DNA of 32,000 bases from Acaryochloris marina S15 (GTDB lineage: Bacteria; Cyanobacteriota; Cyanobacteriia; Thermosynechococcales; Thermosynechococcaceae): contig NZ_CP064923.1 in assembly GCF_018336915.1 (NCBI RefSeq), positions 1,290,001 through 1,322,000 on the forward strand, in the 5' to 3' direction. The translations under genes and the position numbers were made by a program. Shown here in pieces: positions 9,812 to 18,566 of the stretch. Position 1 is the stretch's first letter, and each line of letters opens with the position of its first letter. A model generated the notes under the pieces. It did not search any database and was not told where the DNA came from. It worked only from the letters and a program-made list of their open reading frames with translations.

Positions 9812-10948
9812 CTAATTCCACTTCTGCAATTGTTGTTCTTTGACAAACTTTTCTGCCTCTTCTAGCTTTTTAAAGCTGGATGGATTGTTCTTATACAGAG
9901 CAGCAGCTACCTTGTTACAGTCTCTATTGATGTCGATATTGATTCCTTTTGGGAGTGGCGAATTGCAAATCAATGGATGTATCTTTCCTTCCAATTGATT
10001 GGGATGTACTATTCCCTCTAACTGCGCTTGAGTAAGATTTTTGGTCTTTCGAAAATCGGTACTTAACAGAATAGCTCTGCGAAGATCAGCACCCCGCAGA
10101 TCGGCATGTTCAAGTTTGACACCAATCAGAGTGGCTTGATAGAGGTCAACGTTGTTGAGATGAGCACCGCTAAGATTTGTCTTGGTGAGGTTGGCGTTGT
10201 TGAGGCGGGCTTCACCAAACCTGGCTTTACTCAGATTTGTCTTGGTGAGGTTGGCTTTAAAAAGGTAGGCATTGTGAAAGGCTACATCACTGAAATCTGC
10301 ACCCGTTAGGTCGGCTTTACTTAGATTGGCACTACTGAGGATGGTGTTGTGGAAATTAGCGTTCCTGAGGTTTGTTTTGAAGAGATTGGCGTTGTGAAGG
10401 TTAGCCCTGTGTAGATTGGCATTGCTCAGGTTAGCTTGCTCGAACTGGGCTAAGTGCAGGTAAGCACTGCTTAAGTCGGCATGGTTTAGGTTAGTGTGAC
10501 TGAGATTAGTGAAATAGAGTTTGGCAAAGCCCAGATCAGCATTTTGGAGATTAGCACTACTGAGATCAGCGTCACTAAGGTCAGTGAAACGAAGGTTTAT
10601 CGTGCTAAGTTTGGCCTGTTTTAAGGACGTTTCAACTAAGGAGCGGCAATTACCAAATAGCCGCTCTGATAGATAGGTTGGCAGCTCATGCTCTTGTTGA
10701 GCACTACATCCTCGAACCAGATTTTCAACAGCCTGCCTTTTTTGATGAGAAGCGCTGCTCTTCAGCCTTGCAAAGTCTTTTTCAACACTTTTTTCTCGAA
10801 GAATCAACTCAATGATGATCAGCAAAATTAATGCTGGAATAATTTTCCAGACACCTATCTTTTTTTGATGTTTGAGCTTTTTATGATTGGATGCCTGATC
10901 GTTCCTGTGCATGAAAGTAACCTTTTGCTCTACCTCTGACTTGCCCAA
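9812..10948 (-). CDS. Membrane-anchored pentapeptide-repeat protein
   Basis: 378-aa ORF. It has an N-terminal TM helix (WKIIPALILLIIIELIL). About 200 aa of A(D/N)LXX repeats follow (ANLSNANLHRANLHNANLFKTNLRNANF...). The track start is a TTG, so the true start is uncertain. Confidence 0.9.
   Translation of the reverse strand: MGKSEVEQKVTFMHRNDQASNHKKLKHQKKIGVWKIIPALILLIIIELILREKSVEKDFARLKSSASHQKRQAVENLVRGCSAQQEHELPTYLSERLFGNCRSLVETSLKQAKLSTINLRFTDLSDADLSSANLQNADLGFAKLYFTNLSHTNLNHADLSSAYLHLAQFEQANLSNANLHRANLHNANLFKTNLRNANFHNTILSSANLSKADLTGADFSDVAFHNAYLFKANLTKTNLSKARFGEARLNNANLTKTNLSGAHLNNVDLYQATLIGVKLEHADLRGADLRRAILLSTDFRKTKNLTQAQLEGIVHPNQLEGKIHPLICNSPLPKGINIDINRDCNKVAAALYKNNPSSFKKLEEAEKFVKEQQLQKWN
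10173..10255. repeat. Two identical 23-nt copies (agatttgtcttggtgaggttggc) exactly 60 nt apart inside the pentapeptide-repeat gene
   Basis: Read directly at 10173-10195 and 10233-10255. A 60-nt spacing equals 20 aa, or four pentapeptide units. Confidence 0.85.
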
Positions 10949-11211
10949 GTTGATCGCACTGACAATATCTTGACTCCATAGTGCTTAATATCGTTGATCA
11001 AGCTGGAGTATATGCACGATTGGTGTTGAGGAATATAATCTTCCTTTTTGGCAATGACGGCTGCCAGATACTGAGTACCTACATGCATGGCATTTGGATA
11101 GGGTAAAACCGCTGCCCCCAAACTTCACGTAGAAAGAGATTAATGAAACCGTCTTGAGGTATCGTTCACCACCGCTAGTTATGAGATGGGGGTGAGTAGT
11201 CGTGTCATCCC

Positions 11212-11920
11212 TTAACGGAATGCATAGTTAATCAGGCTGATGCCAAGCCCAAGGGCAAAAACGCCTGCGACAAGAGCAAGAGAGGATTCCAAAATCACTC
11301 TGCTTATGGGTTTGTCTGTGACAATGGCATCCTCCAGTAAGGGCAGCCGATTATTATGCTTCTGACGACCCAAGACTCGGATCGCATCCCCGTTGCGAAT
11401 GACCTTTTCTCTCAAAATTAGGGTTCGACGGGTACCCGTTAGTTTGTGCTTTAGAGTAATTTCTTGTTCGGCTAGTAAAAGATAAGGATCGGGTTTCAGT
11501 AAATTCATTCCACAAAGTTTGGCGATCTTCAAAATGAATATGATCGAGATCTAATTCGCTGGGTTTGATCTGTACTTGCCCTCTGGGCGTTTGCATACTC
11601 AGATTCCACTGACCCTGAGATTGCTGATGAAGAAAGGCATAGGAGGTGCTCCCCTTATGACTATTTCGTGGCTCTAGGATAAAAAATTCATGGGCGATAC
11701 AAGAGGTTTCGCTGAGGGGTGTTGTTTGCACTTCATTTGGATGGGTTGCGCAGGCTTTGCCTCTGGCAATCATCTGTCCCTTACGCCGAGGATGGTAGTT
11801 GGGTGCAAAGACGGTAAGTTGTAACCCTCGGAAACCGATATAACAAGCACCAACGCCTATTAATGCCACAAATAGCCCTAGGAGGAGATGGAAGGTGAAA
11901 TTCAAAAAGGCTATGAGCAT
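11212..11920 (-). pseudogene. Two-TM membrane-protein gene split by a 1-nt frameshift; possibly GIDE-like, which is a low-confidence family guess
   Basis: ORF 11354-11920 opens with a TM helix, then turns into low-complexity sequence after about residue 130. ORF 11212-11532, in a different frame, reads as normal protein and ends in a TM helix (LALVAGVFALGLGISLI). The second frame opens at 11550, and a T4 run (cattttgaag) sits at the junction near 11530-11540. Confidence 0.6.
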
Positions 11921-12205
11921 GGGGATGGCTCGCTTTTGGATTGGACAAATGGCCAGTATGCCGTTCCATCCAAAGTACCCAATTTAAAGAGATTGAAAAT
12001 CGTTTCCAGAACTGTGGCATGATTCGATGAGTTGGCAGAATGCTATTGTCCATGCATTCAGGCTCCAAATTGAATAATGAGCTTTTCCTCAGATGTGTCT
12101 CAATATCCTCAAAAAATTTGACCATTCTGAAACTACATCAACTAAACAGTTTTCTCTGTTTGCCATAGTAGACTTCTCCTATACTTCCACCTGCAGGCAT
12201 TCCAC

Positions 12206-14044
12206 TTGAGTCAACGTTTATTGCAAGCCTTCCAGCCCTTAGCCGCCTTTGCTACCACCCCCAACGCTATCCACACCCTTCAGCCCCTCTATCAACAAAC
12301 TGGAGCCACCCTCTGGGTTCCTACCTCCCTTGCTCACCTACCTAATACCCAAGCCTACAAAGGCCCTCTCAAAGACCATCTCCAAACCTTGTGGAACGAC
12401 CATCAGGGTCTGATTTTCTGCCTTGCCACCGGAGCCGTCGTTCGTCTGATTGCTCCTCTCCTAACCGATAAATCCCAAGATCCTGCCGTCGTTGTCCTCG
12501 ATGAACCCGGCCAATTTGTGATTAGCCTCTGCAGTGGTCACCTCGGTAGAGCCGATCAGCTTACCCAACTTCTAGCCCAACAAATAGGAGCTACCCCCAT
12601 CCTCACCGGGGCCAGCAACGCCGCAAATCTGCCCAGCATCGACACCCTCGGTGTACCCTTCGGCTGGCAACGAAGTGCAGGAGACTGGAATGCCGTTGCC
12701 GGAGCCATTGCCCGTGGCGAGACCATCACCGTTCATCAAGCCGCTGGCTCCGAACTGTGGCAAGCCCATTTACCCCCATCTCACACCTATAAATTCGTTA
12801 GCGATACCGAATCTCCCCAAATTTGGATCAGCCCCAAAGCTCCATCTGCAGACGAAGCCACCGTTCAATGGCATCCTCGTGTCCTCTGGGTAGGGATGGG
12901 CTGTGAGCGGGGCACTTCCCGACAGCTTATGGAGCAAGCCCTACGCCAAGTCTGTGAACAATATCAACTCGCTGGGGAAGCGATTGCCGGGATTGCCACC
13001 CTAGATCTGAAAGCTGATGAAGTCGGATTAATCGAACTCTGTCAACAGGCTAACTGGCCTCTGCAATGCTTTTCCCCTGAAGACTTACAGAATATTTCAG
13101 TCCCTACACCTTCTGATGTCGTTAAGACCGAAGTAGGGACACCTAGCGTTGCTGAAGCCGCTGCCCTCAAGGCTGCCCAGCAAGATACTCTTCTCGTCAC
13201 GAAGCAAATCTTTAAAGACCCGGCACAACCCGGAGCGGTCACCGTTGCTATTGCCCAGGCTGAGCAAGAATATACTGGGCGTACAGGGCAACTTTTACTA
13301 GTGGGAACAGGGCCTGGTGCACTGGAACAAATGACTCCTGCGGCCAAAACTGCCATTACCCAAGCAGATGTAGTGATTGGTTATACCCTCTATGTGGACT
13401 TGGTGCGATCGCAGTTTCGTCCCGGTCAAATCATTGAACCGTCCCCCATTACCCAAGAACGCCAACGCGCCCAACGAGCCATCGATTTAGCCCAGTGGGG
13501 GCTGACAGTAGCAGTGATCTCTTCTGGTGATGCGGGTATTTATGGCATGGCGGGTTTAGTGATGGAAGCGCTCCAGCAGAACGATTGGGATGGACAGACC
13601 CCTAACGTTCAGATTTTTCCCGGTATTTCTGCTTTGCAAGCGGCTGCCTCCCAGGTGGGCACGCCCCTTATGCATGACTTTTGTGCCATTAGCCTGAGTG
13701 ATTTACTGACGCCTTGGCCCGTGATTGAAAAGCGACTAGAAGCTGCTGCTGCTGCTGATTTTGTGATGGCGTTGTACAATCCGCGATCGCAAAAACGAAT
13801 CGAACATTTGCTCAAAGCCCAGCAAATCTGTTTGCAGCATCGAGACCCGCAAACGCCTGTTGCAGTGGTGAGATCGGTGTATCGTCCAGACCAAACTACT
13901 CATTTGGGAACTTTGGCTGAATTAGACACCTTACCCGTAGACATGCTTAGTACCGTGATCATCGGCAATGCCACCACTCGGTTTCATAAGGATTGGATGA
14001 TTACCCCCAGAGGTTATTTTCAGAAATCTGATCCGTCGCCCTAG
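12206..14044 (+). CDS. cobJ: Fused CbiG (cobalt-precorrin-5A hydrolase) and CbiH/CobJ (precorrin-3B C17-methyltransferase)
   Basis: 612-aa ORF. The C-terminal half is a tetrapyrrole methylase (LLLVGTGPGALEQMTPAA...VISSGDAGIYGMA). The N-terminal ~350 aa are CbiG-like (GLIFCLATGAVVRLIAPLL, ...GMGCERG...SVAEAAAL). The start is a TTG and is uncertain. Confidence 0.85.
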   Translation: MSQRLLQAFQPLAAFATTPNAIHTLQPLYQQTGATLWVPTSLAHLPNTQAYKGPLKDHLQTLWNDHQGLIFCLATGAVVRLIAPLLTDKSQDPAVVVLDEPGQFVISLCSGHLGRADQLTQLLAQQIGATPILTGASNAANLPSIDTLGVPFGWQRSAGDWNAVAGAIARGETITVHQAAGSELWQAHLPPSHTYKFVSDTESPQIWISPKAPSADEATVQWHPRVLWVGMGCERGTSRQLMEQALRQVCEQYQLAGEAIAGIATLDLKADEVGLIELCQQANWPLQCFSPEDLQNISVPTPSDVVKTEVGTPSVAEAAALKAAQQDTLLVTKQIFKDPAQPGAVTVAIAQAEQEYTGRTGQLLLVGTGPGALEQMTPAAKTAITQADVVIGYTLYVDLVRSQFRPGQIIEPSPITQERQRAQRAIDLAQWGLTVAVISSGDAGIYGMAGLVMEALQQNDWDGQTPNVQIFPGISALQAAASQVGTPLMHDFCAISLSDLLTPWPVIEKRLEAAAAADFVMALYNPRSQKRIEHLLKAQQICLQHRDPQTPVAVVRSVYRPDQTTHLGTLAELDTLPVDMLSTVIIGNATTRFHKDWMITPRGYFQKSDPSP

Positions 14045-14063
14045 CATTTAATAGGTGCATTCC

Positions 14064-14969
14064 CTAGAGGATTGGTGGCTTTTGCCAAGACAAAATCATG
14101 TAGCGTAGTAGGCCCAAACGACTGGTTCCTTCGAGAAGTAGTGTCTGTGCGATCGCAGGTAACAAATCCAGTGAAATCTCGATAGCTAGGGGCAGTCGCT
14201 GAAAAAATCCATAGGTAGGCAGCGTATTTTGAGTCACGTCCCTGGACTGCATCGCCCCAAAACCAACCTGCTCAGATAACGCTCGGTATTTTTGCAGAGT
14301 ATAAGTCACATCAAACGACCCATAGAAACTGGGCAAGACAGGATTTGACTGCCAGAAAAAAGCGGGCCATCCTTCCATTTCAAATGGTGCAAAATCAGAA
14401 ATAGCTAACCAACCGCCTGGTTTGAGCACACGAAATGCTTCCTGCAGAAACTGCTTGCGATCAGAAAAATGAAAAATACATTCAACCGCTAACACCGCAT
14501 CCACCGATTGATCGGCAAAGGGCAGTGTACAAGCATCCCCTTGGATAAATTCAATGGTATTTTCTGGCCGAGCAGTTACCGTTTCTTGGGCATAGGCAAG
14601 CTGGCGCTCATCCAGATTCAGTCCCAACAAGCTGACATTCGTGAAACCCTCATTTAGGCTGGCTAAGGTCCCCCCTACGCCACAACCCACATCCAAAATG
14701 GTTTGCTGGTCTTGAACCTGAGCCGCAGAATAAATTTCAACACTCATCTGCTCCGCTGCAGCCCCATAATCCTTGGCCGTATAGGTAGCCTGGTTTGGAT
14801 TGGCCCAATAGCCCCAATGGACATGGCGACCAAAGGCTTGCTCAAAAATAGCGTCGCCCTGATCGAGTTGTTTCAGAATCAGATCAAAATAGGGAAGCGT
14901 CAGTGCTGAATTAGCCATAGGTTCAATCCATTGTAGAGAGCAAGATTGCTGCGGGTGATCTAAAACCAT
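14064..14969 (-). CDS. Class I SAM-dependent methyltransferase, substrate unknown
   Basis: 301-aa ORF with SAM motif I (ILDVGCGVGG) and an acidic post-I region. The alternative ATG at 14918 (MANSALTLPYF) is plausible. Confidence 0.85.
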   Translation of the reverse strand: MVLDHPQQSCSLQWIEPMANSALTLPYFDLILKQLDQGDAIFEQAFGRHVHWGYWANPNQATYTAKDYGAAAEQMSVEIYSAAQVQDQQTILDVGCGVGGTLASLNEGFTNVSLLGLNLDERQLAYAQETVTARPENTIEFIQGDACTLPFADQSVDAVLAVECIFHFSDRKQFLQEAFRVLKPGGWLAISDFAPFEMEGWPAFFWQSNPVLPSFYGSFDVTYTLQKYRALSEQVGFGAMQSRDVTQNTLPTYGFFQRLPLAIEISLDLLPAIAQTLLLEGTSRLGLLRYMILSWQKPPIL

Positions 14970-14981
14970 CTCTGATGACGG

Positions 14982-15734
14982 TCAAATCTCAATCACGAGA
15001 TCTGGGATAAAACGCTCATTGGGTTCATCAGGATAGCCTCTGGGATTGCAAATTACCCGCGTGTTGCCGATGGCATAGTCATATGCTGAATGGACATGGC
15101 CATGAACCCATACCGCTGCGTGGGAGTTGGCAACAAACGGATCTAGATGCGATGCATAGGCCGCGCTCAACATATCCTCTTGGTAGTGATAGGGAATTGA
15201 ACGTTTGCTGGGGGCATGGTGGGTCACAATCACAACTTTGCTCTGCATTGTTTTGAGCTGTTTCACCTCTTCAGATAACCAGCTCAAGGATTTTTGATGA
15301 ATGATCGCCGTATCAACGGATCGCAGCTTGCGATAGTCCGGGCTCACATGAATTTTACGGTAGTCCGTCATGGTCTGAGTTGCCTCGTAGCCTGCGATTT
15401 TGGGTTCACCAAACAATTTAAAGTTTGTCCATAAAGTACACCCCAGAAATGTCATGCCATTGATGACTAAGCGATCGTTTTCCAAAAGGTGGATATTCGT
15501 ATCTTCGACCAATTTCTTGAGATCATGGATGTGTTTTGGAAATGCCCTGCCGTAGTACTCATGATTACCAAGCACATAAATAACGGGCTGATCAGGGAAT
15601 CTAGTTTTTATCCACTCAATGCTTTTTTTACCCACATGAATATCCCCCGCCAGAATGACTACATCTGCATCTGTGGGTGGAGGAGCGAAATCCTCAAACT
15701 CAATATGTAAATCACTCAGGATGTGGGCTTTCAT
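14982..15734 (-). CDS. Calcineurin-like metallophosphoesterase
   Basis: 250-aa ORF with the MPE motifs SDLH, GDIHVG, GNHEYY, THHAP and GHVH. Confidence 0.88.
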   Translation of the reverse strand: MKAHILSDLHIEFEDFAPPPTDADVVILAGDIHVGKKSIEWIKTRFPDQPVIYVLGNHEYYGRAFPKHIHDLKKLVEDTNIHLLENDRLVINGMTFLGCTLWTNFKLFGEPKIAGYEATQTMTDYRKIHVSPDYRKLRSVDTAIIHQKSLSWLSEEVKQLKTMQSKVVIVTHHAPSKRSIPYHYQEDMLSAAYASHLDPFVANSHAAVWVHGHVHSAYDYAIGNTRVICNPRGYPDEPNERFIPDLVIEI

Positions 15735-15999
15735 CCAACCACCCTAACTTAGGAGTCAACCGAAACGAAGCGACAAGATTAAGTGAGTTTAGTCGATCTA
15801 TCATGTTTGATCTGCTAGCTACTAGCCTTGAGATATCCAGTACCACTATGGGACGAGCAAATGGATATGTCCTCAATTTCTTCATTCGCTCTTTGCCTCG
15901 GAGCAATGTTAGAAATGACGTAAGTAAGGCATGATACCTATATTCTTTTAACCTAGGTATCTGTGGGTCTAGTCTTCCCCAAAAAATATCAGAGACTAT

Positions 16000-17115
16000 A
16001 TGTCGAAAATCTTAGTTCTTAAAATTGGCACTTCCAGCTTAACCAACCCAGACACTGGGCATTTGGCTTTAGCGACCATTGCATCCCTCGTGGAAGTCCT
16101 CAGCCAACTGCGGCAAGCGGGCAACCAAGTGATTCTCGTATCCTCTGGAGCCGTCGGGATTGGCTGCGCACGGTTAGGGTTAGCAGAACGGCCCAAAGTC
16201 GTTGCCCTCAAGCAGGCTGTCGCTGCAGTCGGTCAAGGGCGATTGATGCGCATCTACGATGATTTTTTCACTAGTTTGCAACAGCCCATTGCCCAGGTCC
16301 TGCTGACCCGTGGAGACTTAGCGGATCGCAGTCGGTATATCAACGCCTCCAATACCTTGCAAGAGCTGCTCAAATTAGGTGTGATACCGATTGTGAACGA
16401 GAACGATACGGTGGCTGTGGATGAGTTGCTTCGGTTTGGAGATAACGATACCCTATCCGCCCTAGTGGCAGGATTAGTTCAGGCAGACTGGCTCTTTATT
16501 CTCACAGATGTAGATCGCCTCTATTCGGCTGATCCACGTACCCAGCCGGATGCCCAGCCCATTGTCACCGTCGAGCGGATGGAGGAATTGACTGCGCTAA
16601 ATGTCAATGCTGGCGCTCAGGGATCTCAGTGGGGGACGGGAGGCATGGCTACCAAAATTTCCGCAGCTGCGATCGCAACTAATGCGGGTGTTCGTACCGT
16701 CATTACCCAAGGCAAAACCCCTGAGAATATTCCCCGGATTCTGGCTGGCGAATCGCTTGGCACCCAATTTCAACCTCATCCACGGCCCCATAATGCCCGT
16801 AAACATTGGATTGCCCATGCCCTTGTCCCGACAGGTACACTGATTTTGGACGATGGAGCAGCGAAGGCAATTACAAAGCTGGGTAAATCCTTGCTAGCGG
16901 CGGGTATTACTGCGGTTGAAGGAGAGTTTCAAAGCCAAGAAGCGGTTTGTTTCCATGATTCTGCGGGCATAGAAATTGCACGAGGCTTGGTCAACTATAG
17001 TAGTGATGAGCTGCAGCGCATTCAGGGGCGTCAATCAGAAGATATTCCCCAGGTACTTGGATATGCTGGAGCAGAAACCGTCGTCCATCGCGATAATCTG
17101 GTTATTACAGGATAA
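16000..17115 (+). CDS. proB: Glutamate 5-kinase with a C-terminal PUA domain
   Basis: 371-aa [18 protein letters not shown]..., with VSSGAVG and NENDTVAV motifs and a C-terminal PUA-like segment ([28 protein letters not shown]). Confidence 0.95.
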   Translation: MSKILVLKIGTSSLTNPDTGHLALATIASLVEVLSQLRQAGNQVILVSSGAVGIGCARLGLAERPKVVALKQAVAAVGQGRLMRIYDDFFTSLQQPIAQVLLTRGDLADRSRYINASNTLQELLKLGVIPIVNENDTVAVDELLRFGDNDTLSALVAGLVQADWLFILTDVDRLYSADPRTQPDAQPIVTVERMEELTALNVNAGAQGSQWGTGGMATKISAAAIATNAGVRTVITQGKTPENIPRILAGESLGTQFQPHPRPHNARKHWIAHALVPTGTLILDDGAAKAITKLGKSLLAAGITAVEGEFQSQEAVCFHDSAGIEIARGLVNYSSDELQRIQGRQSEDIPQVLGYAGAETVVHRDNLVITG

Positions 17116-17185
17116 TTAGTCCCATATTTATGACTTTATATTCAAAAATATCTTCAATATTTAAGCAGCAGGTCCAGTACATCCT

Positions 17186-18097
17186 GTGAGTATTGAACTT
17201 CGGACTATCTTTTTTGGTCGACGCCCCCGTAGGCTGCGAGCAGGCTGGCGAATTCTTACCCAGAATGGGCTAGAGCTTGTTTTATATATCTTTCTCCACT
17301 TTATTTTTTTTCGAAATGTCTCTGATGCCACTCAACAGGCCTTTATCTTTGACAAGCTGCTATTCGTCGCCGCAACTACCCTCTCCATTTTCCTAGCCCG
17401 TCGCTACCTCGATCGACACTCCTTCGACTCCATCGGCTTAGAAGTGAATGTTTGGATGTTGTGGGATTTACTGTTTGGGTTCTTGCTCGCTGGGGTATTG
17501 ATGGCAGGTATTTATACGGTTGAATACCAAGCTGGATGGCTGAAATTCATTGGCTATCGATGGCAACAAGACTCGATGGGGACTGTTGTATCCGAGACCT
17601 TGGCAGGTTTATTAGTCCTAGGGCTATGCCCCTCTTGGCAAGAGGAATTAACCTATCGTGGCTATTATCTCCAAAATATCAAGGAAGGGTTCAATTTGGC
17701 CTTGGCCATTGTTGTAACTTCAATTTTCTTTGCCGCTCGCCACATCGGTAATGCCAATGCCGGGGCCCTCTCCACTATTATTATTTTTCTAGCTGGCCTT
17801 TGGCTGGCCTTTGCCTGGCTCGTGACCCAGCAACTATGGTTACCCCTCGGCATTCATGCGGGTTGGAACTTCTTTGAAGGCGTTGTGTTTGGTTTTCCCG
17901 TCAGCGGATTCACTAGCTTTCATTGGATTGACCATAGGGTAACCGGCCCGGTTTGGATTACGGGAGGGGCGTTTGGTCCGGAAGCCGGTGTAGTTAGTAT
18001 TGTGGCGATTATTATCGGGGTTGCAGCGGTATTTGGCTGGAGTCGATGGCGACGTTATCTTGCCCAACGCATTCAAACTCAAAGTGCCAAAACCTAA
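17186..18097 (+). CDS. CPBP-family (CAAX-type) intramembrane glutamic endopeptidase
   Basis: 303-aa polytopic ORF with motifs EELTYRGY, FAARH and HAGWN. The GTG start is uncertain. Confidence 0.8.
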   Translation: MSIELRTIFFGRRPRRLRAGWRILTQNGLELVLYIFLHFIFFRNVSDATQQAFIFDKLLFVAATTLSIFLARRYLDRHSFDSIGLEVNVWMLWDLLFGFLLAGVLMAGIYTVEYQAGWLKFIGYRWQQDSMGTVVSETLAGLLVLGLCPSWQEELTYRGYYLQNIKEGFNLALAIVVTSIFFAARHIGNANAGALSTIIIFLAGLWLAFAWLVTQQLWLPLGIHAGWNFFEGVVFGFPVSGFTSFHWIDHRVTGPVWITGGAFGPEAGVVSIVAIIIGVAAVFGWSRWRRYLAQRIQTQSAKT

Positions 18098-18546
18098 GGC
18101 ATATCTCCAATCTGTTTGAACTCATGGCCGCCGAAAATCACGTCTGAATTGCGGTAATGCTTGAACTCCAACAAGTTGTGAAACGGATCTTCTAGGAAAA
18201 CAGTGAAATGCTCTAGAGCCTGATCTGGAAAGCGTAATCGTGGCGGTTGGTAAAAACTTAGCTGATGTTTTTCCGCTCGATCCACTAGTTCTTGCCACGC
18301 TGATTCCTGAGAGAAGACCAGTCCAAAATGTCTAGGATAGATACCTTTTTGGGGTTCTAGCGGTTGGTGAGTGACATGGGCCACTAACTGATGGCCATAG
18401 AGGCTCATGATCAGAGACTGGGGACTTTCTCGACCCAACTCACATCCTAAACCTTGCTGATAAAAGGCTTTTGTCTCTGGGATATTCGTGACAGGAAAAG
18501 CGAGGTGGAATAGGATGAAGTCAGTGGTGGGCGGTTGTGTGTCCAT
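18094..18546 (-). CDS. VOC (glyoxalase/dioxygenase-fold) family protein
   Basis: 150-aa ORF. FHLAFPV...AKAFY and HFGLVF...LEDPFHNLLEF resemble the paired beta-alpha-beta-beta-beta modules of VOC proteins. Confidence 0.6.
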   Translation of the reverse strand: MDTQPPTTDFILFHLAFPVTNIPETKAFYQQGLGCELGRESPQSLIMSLYGHQLVAHVTHQPLEPQKGIYPRHFGLVFSQESAWQELVDRAEKHQLSFYQPPRLRFPDQALEHFTVFLEDPFHNLLEFKHYRNSDVIFGGHEFKQIGDMP

Positions 18547-18566
18547 AGGTTAAATATTTCCCAAAA

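Noticed and set aside
10930-11121. 63-aa ORF upstream of, and overlapping, the pentapeptide-repeat gene
   Set aside because: It has a TTG start directly after an in-frame TGA, no RBS and no recognisable motif. It overlaps the downstream gene start. The evidence is insufficient to call a gene.
11781-12125. 114-aa ORF in a third frame, upstream of and overlapping the frameshifted membrane gene
   Set aside because: Its C-terminal half overlaps the TM-encoding start of the 11920 ORF out of frame, and the sequence has no recognisable features. It could be a further decayed 5' fragment of the same pseudogene, but I cannot support that from sequence alone.
12126-12205. Possible cobalamin riboswitch upstream of cbiG-cobJ, or upstream of cobO at 9653-9811
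   Set aside because: The regions are only about 80 and 160 nt long. Neither contains a B12-box-like sequence or the multi-stem architecture expected of one.
12572-13815. Several 64-104-aa ORFs within cbiG-cobJ, antisense or in alternative frames, with similar cases in proB, the CPBP gene, the DUF92 gene, the 19411-19965 gene, rnhA, dprA and miaB
   Set aside because: All are nested in confidently assigned genes and are Ala/Gly/Pro/Ser/Arg-rich, as is typical of off-frame translation of moderately GC-rich coding DNA.
15933-15961. 8-bp inverted repeat gataccta-N13-taggtatc in the intergenic region between the metallophosphoesterase gene and proB
   Set aside because: It is short enough to occur by chance and matches no known operator consensus I could recognise, such as NtcA GTA-N8-TAC or cyanobacterial LexA. 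I noted it but do not call it as a feature.
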